A stretch of DNA of 64,000 nucleotides, taken from positions 1-64,000 of the IMG/VR virus record IMGVR_UViG_3300027743_000026; one strand, 5' to 3'. The DNA is from a virus. The position numbers and the translations under genes were made by a program. How positions within the stretch are numbered: the stretch's first letter is position 1; the number at the start of each line of letters is the position of its first letter. The notes under the pieces were generated by a model that did no database searches, was not told where the DNA came from, and was given only the letters and a program-made list of their open reading frames with translations. This document shows positions 17,778-27,686 of the stretch, in pieces.

Positions 17778-18191
17778 TTACCGGCCCCCACTGAGCACTC
17801 CGGTCCAGGTCCTAACCTCGGTACGATCGCGCCACCATGGGGTGGCAAGATCGCTCATAATATCGCACCATTGGTAAAGAAAAGTCCCGTCGAGATCGCT
17901 ACGCTGGGAGACTGCGGATTCCCGAACGACCTCGACGGGGTTCACACTGGGCGGTTCGGTGGTCGTCATCGTCCTAGCCGCCCAATGCAACTGTGATTTC
18001 GATCTTCCTGGTCGGCCGGCATACCAGCACGCGCGGCCGTCAATGACACGCCAGGAATAGTACTGGCCACGCTGATGGCTCGGCTTCGCCGACAGACATT
18101 CATCCGCGCGCGCCACCAAGGTCCCGACCACGACGCTAACGGCGACAGCCAAAGCACCGGCAACCAGGGCCTCAAGCTCGGTCGTCCCCAT
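17778..18191 (-). CDS. Secreted/membrane protein with C...W..R.IDGR.CWY motif
   Basis: Hydrophobic N-terminus; motif I recall from Bradyrhizobium-type proteins. Confidence 0.55.
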   Translation of the reverse strand: MGTTELEALVAGALAVAVSVVVGTLVARADECLSAKPSHQRGQYYSWRVIDGRACWYAGRPGRSKSQLHWAARTMTTTEPPSVNPVEVVRESAVSQRSDLDGTFLYQWCDIMSDLATPWWRDRTEVRTWTGVLSGGR

Positions 18192-18600
18192 GGCGCGGCC
18201 CTTGCGTCAGAAATTTTGGCACCGGCTTGCTATCGAGCGCGCCTGCCACCGCGGCGAGCCCGGCGCGGTCGGCCTCCGGATTGGGCCGCGGCGGGATCAC
18301 CGTCAGGGCGTCCCGGTGCTCTTCCATGCTGGCCCGCGCGGCCTGGCACTTCTGCATGTACTCGGAAACCCGACCGGCCATCTCCTCGTGCGCCGCCGTC
18401 ATCACGGTGGCGATCTCCTCGGCATAGTTGGCGACCGCCTCGCCCTCGCTCCTGGCCTGGGCGCCCAGCTCGCGAATCTGCTGCACCAGGGTCTGGCCGC
18501 TCTCACGGATGGCATCGGCGCTCAGCATGGCGGTTGCCCGCTTTTCCATCGTCGGTCCGTTAGCTCGCTGCATTACCGTTTTCCTTTCGGGATATCTCAT
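18172..18600 (-). CDS. Coiled-coil hypothetical protein
   Basis: ORF track; start uncertain. Confidence 0.5.
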   Translation of the reverse strand: MRYPERKTVMQRANGPTMEKRATAMLSADAIRESGQTLVQQIRELGAQARSEGEAVANYAEEIATVMTAAHEEMAGRVSEYMQKCQAARASMEEHRDALTVIPPRPNPEADRAGLAAVAGALDSKPVPKFLTQGPRHGDDRA

Positions 18601-18895
18601 CGACCACGGCGCCGACGATCGTGGACGCGCTGCCGTCTGCCTCCCTGGTCATGGCGTGACGGATCGTTTCGAGCGGGACGTGATGTTGCAAGGCGAGCGA
18701 AAGCAGGATCGCACCATCGCGTGCGACAGCATCAAACGAACTACCCGACTTGGAGCCCGCGATGAACACCTCGGCGATCTCACCGTTAGGGAAACGTCCG
18801 ATCGTGATTGTAAACGCCGTGTTCTGCCCACCATGACGCAGCTCAAAGTTTTCAGCCAAGCGACGATTCTCGAGAATGCGACGAGTGTTCATCAT
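18560..18895 (-). CDS. Stand-alone class II ribonucleotide reductase C-terminal (TSCPD-like) domain protein
   Basis: G...EVFI...K.GS.......D.AI..SLALQH..P motif. Confidence 0.65.
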   Translation of the reverse strand: MMNTRRILENRRLAENFELRHGGQNTAFTITIGRFPNGEIAEVFIAGSKSGSSFDAVARDGAILLSLALQHHVPLETIRHAMTREADGSASTIVGAVVDEISRKENGNAAS

Positions 18896-19281
18896 TGCCT
18901 CGTCGTCGGCGCCGGCAGCGCCAGCAAGGAGTCCTTCATTTTCTCGTAGATGGTAGAACCATCATCGTTAACAATGTGTGCAAGGAACGCTTCCTCGAAA
19001 GTCTCGATCCGGCTCTCGACCGAAACCATCTTCGACTTCACCGTCAGCAACAGAGCCCGCCAGCGCGCCCGTTGCTGCTGCGCGATCTTCTCGCTGGTGC
19101 CTTCCGGCACTTGCAGCACAAAGCGCACGCGCCGGCCGTTCTTCATGCTGAACGTCACCAGCGCGCGGCCAGGCTCGACCGCAAAGCCAAAGCTCGACGC
19201 ACCAAAGCGTGCCAGCACAGACTCGATGTCCGCGCGCGACTGCTTGACCGACACAGACGTGGTCGCTGCATAAGGTGCCAT
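18892..19281 (-). CDS. Conserved phage hypothetical protein
   Basis: YA..T.V....S..I...L...GA...WR.L...VK......FEE.FL motif. Confidence 0.65.
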   Translation of the reverse strand: MAPYAATTSVSVKQSRADIESVLARFGASSFGFAVEPGRALVTFSMKNGRRVRFVLQVPEGTSEKIAQQQRARWRALLLTVKSKMVSVESRIETFEEAFLAHIVNDDGSTIYEKMKDSLLALPAPTTRQ

Positions 19282-19287
19282 TTCAGT

Positions 19288-19560
19288 TCATCGACGTACG
19301 AGAGCAGTCTCGATCAGGCGGGCGCCCTTGCGTTTGACGCGCTTGATTTTGTACGCCTCGCGGTTGATGTCCATCTTCTCGGCGAGCCGGTGGATTGTAG
19401 AATTGACCACAATCCTCGCGTGATACGGCCGATCGTCACCACGGTAGACCTTCGGCATTAATTGTTCTGAGGTCATAGGCGACCCGGCTGTCGCCAGGAT
19501 TTGGAACACCCGTAGCTCCGCGGGCGAATATCCGTTGGATTTAAGTTGAGGTTTAGCCAT
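19288..19560 (-). CDS. Winged-helix DNA-binding protein
   Basis: S..E..VF..L.......T...L...VY......V...I.RL..K pattern; downstream of a TTGACA promoter. Confidence 0.55.
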   Translation of the reverse strand: MAKPQLKSNGYSPAELRVFQILATAGSPMTSEQLMPKVYRGDDRPYHARIVVNSTIHRLAEKMDINREAYKIKRVKRKGARLIETALVRR

Positions 19561-19584
19561 TACGCTCCCCGTAAACAAAGGGCG

Positions 19585-19613
19585 AGAATTATTTATTTGT
19601 TTGTTGATGTCAA
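19585..19613 (-). promoter_or_regulatory. Sigma70-type promoter
   Basis: TTGACA (19608-19613) with AACAAACAAATAAA spacer and AT-rich -10. Confidence 0.55.
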
Positions 19614-19714
19614 GCGCTCAGTAATAGCGCGCCCAGAACCAAATAGACATCAGCCACAGTGGAAGTATCGCTAAGACCACCATTGCGACGAACACAGTGG
19701 TCCGCCAGAACAAG

Positions 19715-20155
19715 TCAGAATTTAACCGCCCCCGTAACATCGCCCTGCACCGCTAACCTCATATCCACACCTCGACGTTCCTCGACCGGGATACCCGCCA
19801 ACTCGGCAATCTCCCGCGCCTGCTGCATGCCAGGCGAGATGCCGCGATCAACATAGAGCACCATCGCCTCGGCGACGCCGACCCAGGCTAGGCCGGCGGC
19901 GATGCCAAGCTTGCGCTCGGCCACGAGTTCGTCACGCAAGATTCCTGGCTGTGTAAACAGCAAGTGCGACGCAATCGGGGCATCCCCACGCATGACCGCA
20001 TCGCGTACACAGGCCCGCGCATAGGCGACATTGGCATCGATGTCGCCGGCATACGGGCTCTCAAGAATAACCCGCCTCACCGCAGCGGCGCCTGGCACGC
20101 GACCAGGAGAAGCGGCAGCCCGAAGATCAGAAATAATCTCATTGGTCAGCCTCAA
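19715..20155 (-). CDS. Nucleoside deoxyribosyltransferase-like (DUF4406-type) protein
   Basis: VILESPYAGD...N..YAR.C......G..P.ASHL...D.GIS.GM motif. Confidence 0.65.
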   Translation of the reverse strand: MRLTNEIISDLRAAASPGRVPGAAAVRRVILESPYAGDIDANVAYARACVRDAVMRGDAPIASHLLFTQPGILRDELVAERKLGIAAGLAWVGVAEAMVLYVDRGISPGMQQAREIAELAGIPVEERRGVDMRLAVQGDVTGAVKF

Positions 20156-20339
20156 GTGTATGCTGCAGCGTTACCCTGGCACGATCGATCAAACCAGAAT
20201 TGAGTTCGACCAGGGCGAGCTTGAGCCCAGTACGCAGGTCGCGGATCGCCAGCGCCTGGTCGACCATGGTTTCACAATAGCGCTCACCGATCCGGATCGA
20301 GCAATTGAGCTTGCGCCGCAGTTCTTCTGCACTACTCAT

Positions 20340-21824
20340 CTAAACCACCCATTGACGCCAGTTGTCCCCGTTGATCACAGCGGCCATATCGATCTTGGCA
20401 CGAAGCGCCTGCAGAATTTTTTCATCCACAGTGCCGGGCACGACAAGATCGACATTGTCGACGCCGTGTTCCTTGTCCTTGCCCATTGTCCGCATCTCGG
20501 CCTGGTCACGCAGTTCGAGATTGTCCCGGTTGCTGTAGAACACCGCGAGGTCGGCCACGTCCCAGGTTCTACCCTTCCCGCCTGCGTCCGGCGTGGCCAC
20601 CATGAACCGGCACTCCGGATCGGTACGGAACGCCAGCTCCTCGGCTTCGCGGGTGGATTCATTGCCGCCGTAGAACTTGGCAACCGAACACTCGAATTCC
20701 TTGGCTAGTGCCGCCGAGACCTTACGCACGTCGTGGCCGTAGCTGCACCAGATGATGGCTTTACCGTCGTAGTCCTGCAGCAGATCGAGCAGCGCCGCGG
20801 TTCGCTTCTCCGGCAGCACATGCTCGACGCCTTCTTCATCGATCGTATGGCCAAGCAAGACCTGATGCATACGAACAATCTGCGCGATCACCACGGTGGC
20901 GGTGACGTGGCCGCCGGAGGCCAGCAGCGTGGTGGCGAACTCCTTGATCTCGTTGTACGCCTTGATCTGCTCCGCGGTCATCTCGACTTCGCGGATGGTG
21001 AACGTGCTCGGGATCTTGGGGCGGAATTCGACCCGGAACGAATGCGGCTCCATCCGCCGCTTGACCTCGGCGATCGCCTCCGGACGAAAGCCGCGCACAC
21101 CCTTCTTGGTGTCGATGATGTCGACCCAGCGGCCGCCAAAATTCTCCCGCTTCATGAACGCGACCTTGTTGCGAAACTGCGTCCAGTTCGATGCCAAGGT
21201 GCGGCCATAAGTAATATTGATGATGGTGGGATCGAGGAACCAGAGCTGGAAAAACACGTCGAGCAGCGAGCGCGGCGTGGCCAACCCGGAGAGAATGCGC
21301 CGATAGCCGGCCAGCGGCCTGATCTTGGACAGCACGAACAGTGTGCGCTCGGCTTTGTTCTTGATGACGGTCGACTCGTCGACCACCACGTAGGTCTTGG
21401 TCGGACGCCGGCTCAGATAGTTAATCACCAGATCACGAGCGCGGCCCGGCAGGCTGAGCGCCTCGACGTTGATTAACAAAGCGCGCGGACCCTCGTGCGC
21501 GAGAAAGTCCGGTACCAGGCCGGTAAACCGAGTAGACGAGAAGCTCGACGACCACACTAGCGTCTTGATCCGGCCCTGCAGATCAAGCGATAGATCGGCC
21601 TCCATCGCCCCGACCCAGGTACGATACACACCGCCCGGCGCGATCAGCAAAAAATCCTTGGCCTTGCCGAGCAGCTCGAGTTCGCCAAAGTCATCGAGCA
21701 CGACCTTGCTCTTGCGCGTTCTCATTGCCATCAACAACGCAAAGTGCAGCCGGCCGCGCATGCGCTGCAGCGCGGCGACCTGGTTCTCGTCGGCCTGACG
21801 CCGAGGCTGGTAGCGGGCACTCAT
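20340..21824 (-). CDS. SNF2-family helicase
   Basis: VVDES (motif II), LSG.ATP, K.IIW, G..G, Q.E.R motifs; Walker A degenerate (MRTRKS). Confidence 0.85.
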   Translation of the reverse strand: MSARYQPRRQADENQVAALQRMRGRLHFALLMAMRTRKSKVVLDDFGELELLGKAKDFLLIAPGGVYRTWVGAMEADLSLDLQGRIKTLVWSSSFSSTRFTGLVPDFLAHEGPRALLINVEALSLPGRARDLVINYLSRRPTKTYVVVDESTVIKNKAERTLFVLSKIRPLAGYRRILSGLATPRSLLDVFFQLWFLDPTIINITYGRTLASNWTQFRNKVAFMKRENFGGRWVDIIDTKKGVRGFRPEAIAEVKRRMEPHSFRVEFRPKIPSTFTIREVEMTAEQIKAYNEIKEFATTLLASGGHVTATVVIAQIVRMHQVLLGHTIDEEGVEHVLPEKRTAALLDLLQDYDGKAIIWCSYGHDVRKVSAALAKEFECSVAKFYGGNESTREAEELAFRTDPECRFMVATPDAGGKGRTWDVADLAVFYSNRDNLELRDQAEMRTMGKDKEHGVDNVDLVVPGTVDEKILQALRAKIDMAAVINGDNWRQWVV

Positions 21825-22047
21825 GTCGGCTGACTGAGCGATTGACTGAGTGATTGATAGAACACGAAGTTGTCTGCGCGCTCCTTGTCCGACAGCGCCC
21901 AGCGCGTGTTGATAGCTCCGAATTCCAAGAGGGTACGATCAATCAGACTGATCCAGCTCAGGTCATGCCACTCGTCATCGGTGAGCGGCTGTTTGGCTGC
22001 GAACTTCATCATGGCGTCGTGGCAACGACGTGCCTGCTCGCGCCGAG

Positions 22048-22392
22048 TCATCGCTTTATCCTCCCTCGCAAAACCTCAAACGGAGATACAGGCGTATCAT
22101 CGCCGATCGTGAGCTTCCATTTCTTTCCGAGCTGGTTAACAATTTTCCCACGGGTTTGATTGCATTCAAAACACGCCGCCACGACGTTGCCGGGCACGGT
22201 GCGGCCGCCCTGCCATACCTGCTCTAAATGGTCCGCGGTCATCGTGCGAGGACTGCACACACCGGCTTGGCCGGCGCTTGCCGGGTCCATCGACCTCCGA
22301 CACCAAAAGCACAATCCGTCCTGACGCATGAACGCCCGGCGGGCCAGCCGCCGAGCCATGATCTGATCATAGTGAGTACGCTTCAGACTCAT
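22048..22392 (-). CDS. HNH endonuclease
   Basis: CFWC...TADHL....GG.....NVVAAC..CN. Confidence 0.8.
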   Translation of the reverse strand: MSLKRTHYDQIMARRLARRAFMRQDGLCFWCRRSMDPASAGQAGVCSPRTMTADHLEQVWQGGRTVPGNVVAACFECNQTRGKIVNQLGKKWKLTIGDDTPVSPFEVLRGRIKR

Positions 22393-22668
22393 GTGCGAGC
22401 CCGACAATGTGCGACAAAGCCGGGCTCGCGACGACCGCAGCCATGCAAGGACAAAGTCACAAGGCCACCGCGGTCGCCGGCTTATTCTGCCCCGCGGAGA
22501 CCGCGCCAAGCAATTCCCATCGCAGCCCACTCAATAACGGCAGCCGGGTCTCACGCACAATGTGCATTGTCCCATTACGCTCGCGATAGACCGAGAACGG
22601 TCGGTCGAATATTGCAGCGCGCCGACGCGCCTCGCCGAATGCCCATTCACGAGTAAGGATATCCACCA

Positions 22669-23088
22669 TCAAGCTCCCAGTATCTTGGCAATCGCATCCC
22701 AATCCCACGCCCTCGGCCCACCATCCCACCACTCCAGCGGGGTCGCTCCCGATATCCCACCCAACGCCAGCGCCCGCACGTCGGCACCCCGGTAGATGAG
22801 CAGCTCGTCGCGCGCTTGTCGCCGAAGGCCCGCCAGGCACCGCCATCGTACGATCACCAATACCCGGCCGCCGGCCCGCAGGCGCCGTTCGATCCAGCCG
22901 ATTTGCTCGGTCGAAATCCGCACCGCGTTGGTCGCCGTAGTCTTGAACTCGATCCACGTCTCGACTCCTTTCAAGCAAACATTGACATCGGGCACGCCCT
23001 GTCCAGTCGACCACGTTTCGACCGACTGAAAATGTGCCGCCTTGATGCGCTCCACAAATAGCGGCCGCAGCCCGCCATCACGCGCCAT
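22669..23088 (-). CDS. VRR-NUC / Holliday junction resolvase-like nuclease
   Basis: G.PD......WIE.K........Q..W......GG motif. Confidence 0.8.
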   Translation of the reverse strand: MARDGGLRPLFVERIKAAHFQSVETWSTGQGVPDVNVCLKGVETWIEFKTTATNAVRISTEQIGWIERRLRAGGRVLVIVRWRCLAGLRRQARDELLIYRGADVRALALGGISGATPLEWWDGGPRAWDWDAIAKILGA

Positions 23089-23294
23089 TGCGTTCTACTT
23101 TCCCCAAAATCTTAAGCAGCCCACGTCGCTCCTGATACTCATGCCATACAGTACGAACGACAGAAGCGTGCCTACGGCCATGACATTGCCAGATAACAGT
23201 CCATTGACCGTTGTGTACTTCCCACAGCTTACCGATCCATCCCTTTTGATCTGCCGGACGCTCGGCGGTGATTCTCAGCATTTTAAACTCTACC

Positions 23295-23323
23295 TTGACA
23301 TCCGATTAAAGATAGCCTTAAAA
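23295..23323 (+). promoter_or_regulatory. Sigma70-type promoter of the replication operon
   Basis: TTGACA-N17-TTAAAA in the AT-rich divergent intergenic region. Confidence 0.55.
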
Positions 23324-23361
23324 CATAATTTGTCAAATTCAAAGTTGGAGGATTATCGACA

Positions 23362-23577
23362 GTGGCAATTCGAAACCATAGTCCCGGTCTTAAGCTCGCA
23401 TTGAAGGCGCTCGAAGGCGGTCACGCCGAGCTGGCGCGGCAGCTCAAGACCACACCGCAAGCGATCTACCAATGGGCCGACATCCCACCTAACCGCGTAC
23501 TTGACGTCGAGCGCATTACCAAGATCGATCGCGAGAAGCTGCGCCCCGATCTCTATCGTCGGCGGAGACCCTCATGA
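23362..23577 (+). CDS. Cro/YdaS-like HTH regulator
   Basis: GG..ELAR.L..TPQAI.QW..IP..R...VE..T.I....LRPDLY. Confidence 0.85.
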   Translation: MAIRNHSPGLKLALKALEGGHAELARQLKTTPQAIYQWADIPPNRVLDVERITKIDREKLRPDLYRRRRPS

Positions 23578-24110
23578 CTATTCGCGGCGCCAATTACGAG
23601 CGCAAGCCGAATGATGATTATCCAACGCCGCCGGAGGCGATCGACATCCTATTCGAGCATGTGAGGTTTGGGCCGGTGCTCGACCCCGCCTGCGGAAAAC
23701 TGCAGCGGATCGTGGAGGCAGCGAAGCGCCACGGTCTACCCGGCATTGGTCGCGACATCATCCTGGGCGAAAATTTCCTCGACAGCGACAGCTGCTACAA
23801 ACATGACATCGTCACCAACCCGCCCTACGGCGGCCGCTCCGGCCGGCTGGCGCGGGAGTTCATCGAGCATGCCCTGGCGCTGACCGAGGATCACCGAGGT
23901 CGGGTGGCCATGCTGCTGCCAGTCGATTTCGATTCCGGCAAGACCCGTCTGCACCTGTTTCAGCACCCAGCCTTCGCGCTCAAGCTGATCCCGGTCGACC
24001 GCATCAAGTGGTTCGACAACAAATCCGGATCGATCAATAACGCCTGGTACGTCTGGTGCTGGAGGCACAGCGGCCCGCCGATCCTGCGCTACACCAGGAT
24101 CCCGGTGTGA
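23574..24110 (+). CDS. Phage DNA amino-methyltransferase-like protein
   Basis: D.YPTP, LDPACG and IVTNPPY motifs. Confidence 0.75.
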   Translation: MTIRGANYERKPNDDYPTPPEAIDILFEHVRFGPVLDPACGKLQRIVEAAKRHGLPGIGRDIILGENFLDSDSCYKHDIVTNPPYGGRSGRLAREFIEHALALTEDHRGRVAMLLPVDFDSGKTRLHLFQHPAFALKLIPVDRIKWFDNKSGSINNAWYVWCWRHSGPPILRYTRIPV

Positions 24111-25264
24111 TGTTTAACCCGTGGCGATGGATCAAGCGCCTCTGGTCACCAGCCACCGAGCTAGTGATCCCGGTCACCGTTCCATTGCCCAAGCAACTCG
24201 CACTGGAAGAGCCCGAACTCGCACCGGAAGAGCCTGAACTCGCACTGAAAGAGCCCGAACTCGCACCGGAAGAGCCCAAACTCGCATCGGAAGAGCCCAA
24301 GGCCAAGCGCAAATACAATAGCTCCTACATCGGGCTACGCCGCGACCTCGCAGCCATGGCGAACTACATCCTTGACCGCTTCGAAAGCCTGCAGGTTAGA
24401 CGCTCGGCGGCGGATCACGACGGCCAAAACCGAGCCCGTCTCGGCGAACTCTGGGGCTGCGATTTCCTGATGCTGCACCGCGAGCTTGGCGAACGCATGA
24501 TCGGCGGCAGCAAGTGGTCCGCCGTGGACGCGACGGCCATCGAGCTGACCGCCACGATCTGGCCGATCGACTACGCCATTGCTGAACTCATGATAGCCGG
24601 CGAAGACGGAGCGATTCTCGATGGAATATTCCTGACCCGTATTTGCTCCGTCACTGCCAAGGAGGTGCGCAGCAAGGTCAAACGAGTTGCTCCCAAGATG
24701 GTGCGCTACATCATGGGCTACTTCTATGACAATGGGCAGTGGTCAGTTTGCGAGGGCTATGCCGGTTTGTTCGGAGAGAAATGGGTCATTCTGGCAATCG
24801 AAGCCGATGAGTGGCCGCTAGAGGAAAAGCAAGTCAGAGAAGACCTGATCAATAGGATATTCACCAGCGCCTTTACCGCCCGCTACGACTGGCACGTCGC
24901 GTTCGGAACCATCCCGGGCGGACCGCGGCTGTTGTTTCCAACCAACCCGACCGGCGCCCTGCACCTGTTCAACAACCGCGATCGCACGCCTGGCAAGGCC
25001 CGGCGCGAGGCGCTCAAGCATTGGGTCGATGAGCACTACCGCGACAATAACGAGGACCTCGCCTACGTCTGCAACCACCTCCGCGGCCAGACCCAGTTCT
25101 CCTGGTCCGGCTTCGACAGCGAGCTGTTCGTTTCTCAGTACGATCTGGAAATGAATAAATTCTTCAAGCTGCAGGCCAAGGAGTGGCGTTCGCAACGCAA
25201 GCACAATCGCGTCAAAGTCCATCTGAAAAAGAAGTCACACGAGGAGGCTCACCCGCATGCTTAG
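24110..25264 (+). CDS. Hypothetical protein with ELAPEEP repeats
   Basis: Coupled ORF; five 21-nt tandem repeats at 24195-24299. Confidence 0.6.
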   Translation: MFNPWRWIKRLWSPATELVIPVTVPLPKQLALEEPELAPEEPELALKEPELAPEEPKLASEEPKAKRKYNSSYIGLRRDLAAMANYILDRFESLQVRRSAADHDGQNRARLGELWGCDFLMLHRELGERMIGGSKWSAVDATAIELTATIWPIDYAIAELMIAGEDGAILDGIFLTRICSVTAKEVRSKVKRVAPKMVRYIMGYFYDNGQWSVCEGYAGLFGEKWVILAIEADEWPLEEKQVREDLINRIFTSAFTARYDWHVAFGTIPGGPRLLFPTNPTGALHLFNNRDRTPGKARREALKHWVDEHYRDNNEDLAYVCNHLRGQTQFSWSGFDSELFVSQYDLEMNKFFKLQAKEWRSQRKHNRVKVHLKKKSHEEAHPHA

Positions 25265-27407
25265 CCCCGATCGTCCTCGACGCAAGCTCCTGTTCGACGT
25301 CGAAAGCCGCAGCACCGTCGACGTCACCGACGTCGGCCCCTACATCTACGCCACCCACCCGACCACCGAGATCCAGTTCTTCACCTACGCCGTCGACGAC
25401 GGACCGATCCTGATCTGGCGCCCCGGCGATCCAGTGCCGCAGCCATTCATCGACGCCGCCGAGAACCTCGACACCTGGACCGTCTACGCCCACAACGCCG
25501 GCTTCGACCGCCCCATGCACGAGCACATCCTGGTCAAGCGCCACGGCTTCCTGCCGCTGACGCTGGAGCAGTGGCGCTGCACCATGGCGCAAGGCCTGGC
25601 GGCGGCGCTGCCAGGGCGGCTAGAGCGGCTGGCCAAGGTGCTCAACCTGGAGCACCAAAAGGACAAAGCCGGCAGCCGGCTGATGAAGCAGATGGCGCGG
25701 CCGCGCAAACCGCGCAAAGGCGAAGACCCCACAGCCATCCTCTATTTCGACGACGCCGTACGCATGGCCGGACTCGAGAGCTATGGCGTAGCCGACACCG
25801 CCGCCATGCGCGAAGCCCATTACGGCCTGCCGGACCTGATTCCATTTGAACAAAAGGTTTGGTTGCTCGATCAGAAGATCAACGGTACCGGGTTCTACCT
25901 CGACCAGGAGTTAGCGCTGGCCGCCAACAAGATCGCCGAGGATGCCCACCCGATCATCAACGCCGAGCTGACGCAGCTCACCAATGGCCAGGTCACCGCC
26001 TTCACCCAGGTCGCCAAGCTGACCGAATGGCTGGCGCAATGGGTGCCGGTGGACTCGCTCAACAAGGCCACGATCGAGGAGCTGCTCGACCAGGAGCTTC
26101 CCGAGCACGTCCGGCGCGCCCTGGAATTACGTCACCTCGGGGCCCAGGCGGCGGTCGCCAAGGTCGACGCGCTGCTACAGCGCCGCTGCCCCGACGGTCG
26201 GGTCAGGGATTGCTTCGTTTACCACGCCGCCGGTACTGGCCGCTGGTCCAGCCGAGGCGCCCAGGTCCACAACCTTAAGCGGCCACAGACCGATTTCAGC
26301 AAAGACGAGGGCGCCGAGCTGCGGCGTGCCATCGAGATCATCGGCAGCGGCGACCTCGCCCTGGCACGAGAACATTATGACAACCCGTTATCGGTCATAG
26401 GCGACTGCATCCGAGCGATGATCGTCGCGCCGCCAGGACACACCCTGATCGGTGGCGATTTCTCCGGCATCGAGGCACGGGTCACCGCCTGGGTTGCTGG
26501 CGAGAAGTCCAAGCTCGACATCTTCCGCGACTATGACGAGGGCCGCGGGCCCGACCCGTACGTGATCTTCGCCGCCTCGGTGTTCAACCGCGACCCGGAG
26601 GAGCTGTCCAGGGCCTACAAGGCTGGCGATCCGGTGGCGCGCGAACAGCGCCAGATCGGCAAAGCAGGAGAACTCGCGTTCGGATTCCAGGGCGGAGTAA
26701 AGGCCTACCGCCGGTTCTCTCCGGGCGGAGCGCCGACCGCGACCACAGCATCGCAATCGGCCTGGATGAAAATGCACGGCGCCTTTGACCGTACCAAGAC
26801 GCCGCTGGCCGGCACCACGACTGAGTTCACCGACCTCGAAGTCAACCGCATCAAGAACACCTGGCGCCGTCTGCACCCCAACGTGGTGCGGTTCTGGGAC
26901 AATATCGACCGCGCCACCTACAAGGCCGTAACCAATCCGGGCTGCACGGTGACCTTCGGCAACCTCGCACTGCGCTGCGACGAGAGTCCGATGCTGTGGC
27001 TGACGCTGCCGAGCGGACGCTCGCTGGCCTACCCGCATATCCGCAAGACTCGAGCGTTCTTTTTCGAGGGCAAGATCGTCGAGCACGAGCGCGGCGAAAC
27101 TTGCGTGCTGTTCAAGGACGCCGCCATGGGACAGTGGCGCGACGTCAAGGTCTATGGCGGCCTGCTCACGGAAAACATCGTGCAGGCAGTGGCGCGTGAT
27201 CTGCTGGCCGAGGCCATGATTCGTGTTGACCGCGCCGGGTTCAAAATCGTCGCCCATGTGCACGACGAGATCGTGATCGAAATGCCGAAGGCGCGCGCCG
27301 CGGCGGCGGAGGTCACCTTCACCAAGCTGATGTCGCAGTGCCCGCCGTGGGCCAAAGGGTTGCCGATCAAAGTCGGCTCATGGAGCAATGACCGCTATGT
27401 TAAATAA
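25257..27407 (+). CDS. Family A DNA polymerase
   Basis: DVESRS exonuclease motif, AHNAGFD, TGRWS, DFSGIEAR (motif A), RQIGK..EL..GFQGG (B), HVHDE (C). Confidence 0.95.
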   Translation: MLSPDRPRRKLLFDVESRSTVDVTDVGPYIYATHPTTEIQFFTYAVDDGPILIWRPGDPVPQPFIDAAENLDTWTVYAHNAGFDRPMHEHILVKRHGFLPLTLEQWRCTMAQGLAAALPGRLERLAKVLNLEHQKDKAGSRLMKQMARPRKPRKGEDPTAILYFDDAVRMAGLESYGVADTAAMREAHYGLPDLIPFEQKVWLLDQKINGTGFYLDQELALAANKIAEDAHPIINAELTQLTNGQVTAFTQVAKLTEWLAQWVPVDSLNKATIEELLDQELPEHVRRALELRHLGAQAAVAKVDALLQRRCPDGRVRDCFVYHAAGTGRWSSRGAQVHNLKRPQTDFSKDEGAELRRAIEIIGSGDLALAREHYDNPLSVIGDCIRAMIVAPPGHTLIGGDFSGIEARVTAWVAGEKSKLDIFRDYDEGRGPDPYVIFAASVFNRDPEELSRAYKAGDPVAREQRQIGKAGELAFGFQGGVKAYRRFSPGGAPTATTASQSAWMKMHGAFDRTKTPLAGTTTEFTDLEVNRIKNTWRRLHPNVVRFWDNIDRATYKAVTNPGCTVTFGNLALRCDESPMLWLTLPSGRSLAYPHIRKTRAFFFEGKIVEHERGETCVLFKDAAMGQWRDVKVYGGLLTENIVQAVARDLLAEAMIRVDRAGFKIVAHVHDEIVIEMPKARAAAAEVTFTKLMSQCPPWAKGLPIKVGSWSNDRYVK

Positions 27408-27642
27408 TCCACTGCGTCACATTCTGATCGAAGATTCTGCCGAGGTTGTCGACTTCATATGCGGCCCGTTCTTGCTCGAACGTATGGGCAAGAACGACAT
27501 GGCCGTGATCAACGGCCTGATCGCGTCGATCGCCATCTTGGTTAAAGTTCACTGCGACAAAACCGGCCAGGACCTGGACGAGACCGTGCAGCTGTTTCAC
27601 GACAGCCTCGACGCGGCGGTCGACATTGTCGCAAACAAATAA
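27397..27642 (+). CDS. Hypothetical protein
   Basis: Overlaps the polymerase stop. Confidence 0.5.
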   Translation: MLNNPLRHILIEDSAEVVDFICGPFLLERMGKNDMAVINGLIASIAILVKVHCDKTGQDLDETVQLFHDSLDAAVDIVANK

Positions 27643-27686
27643 ACATTCGCTTGACAACCCGTATGCCTGTCGCCAAAGATCGCGCG

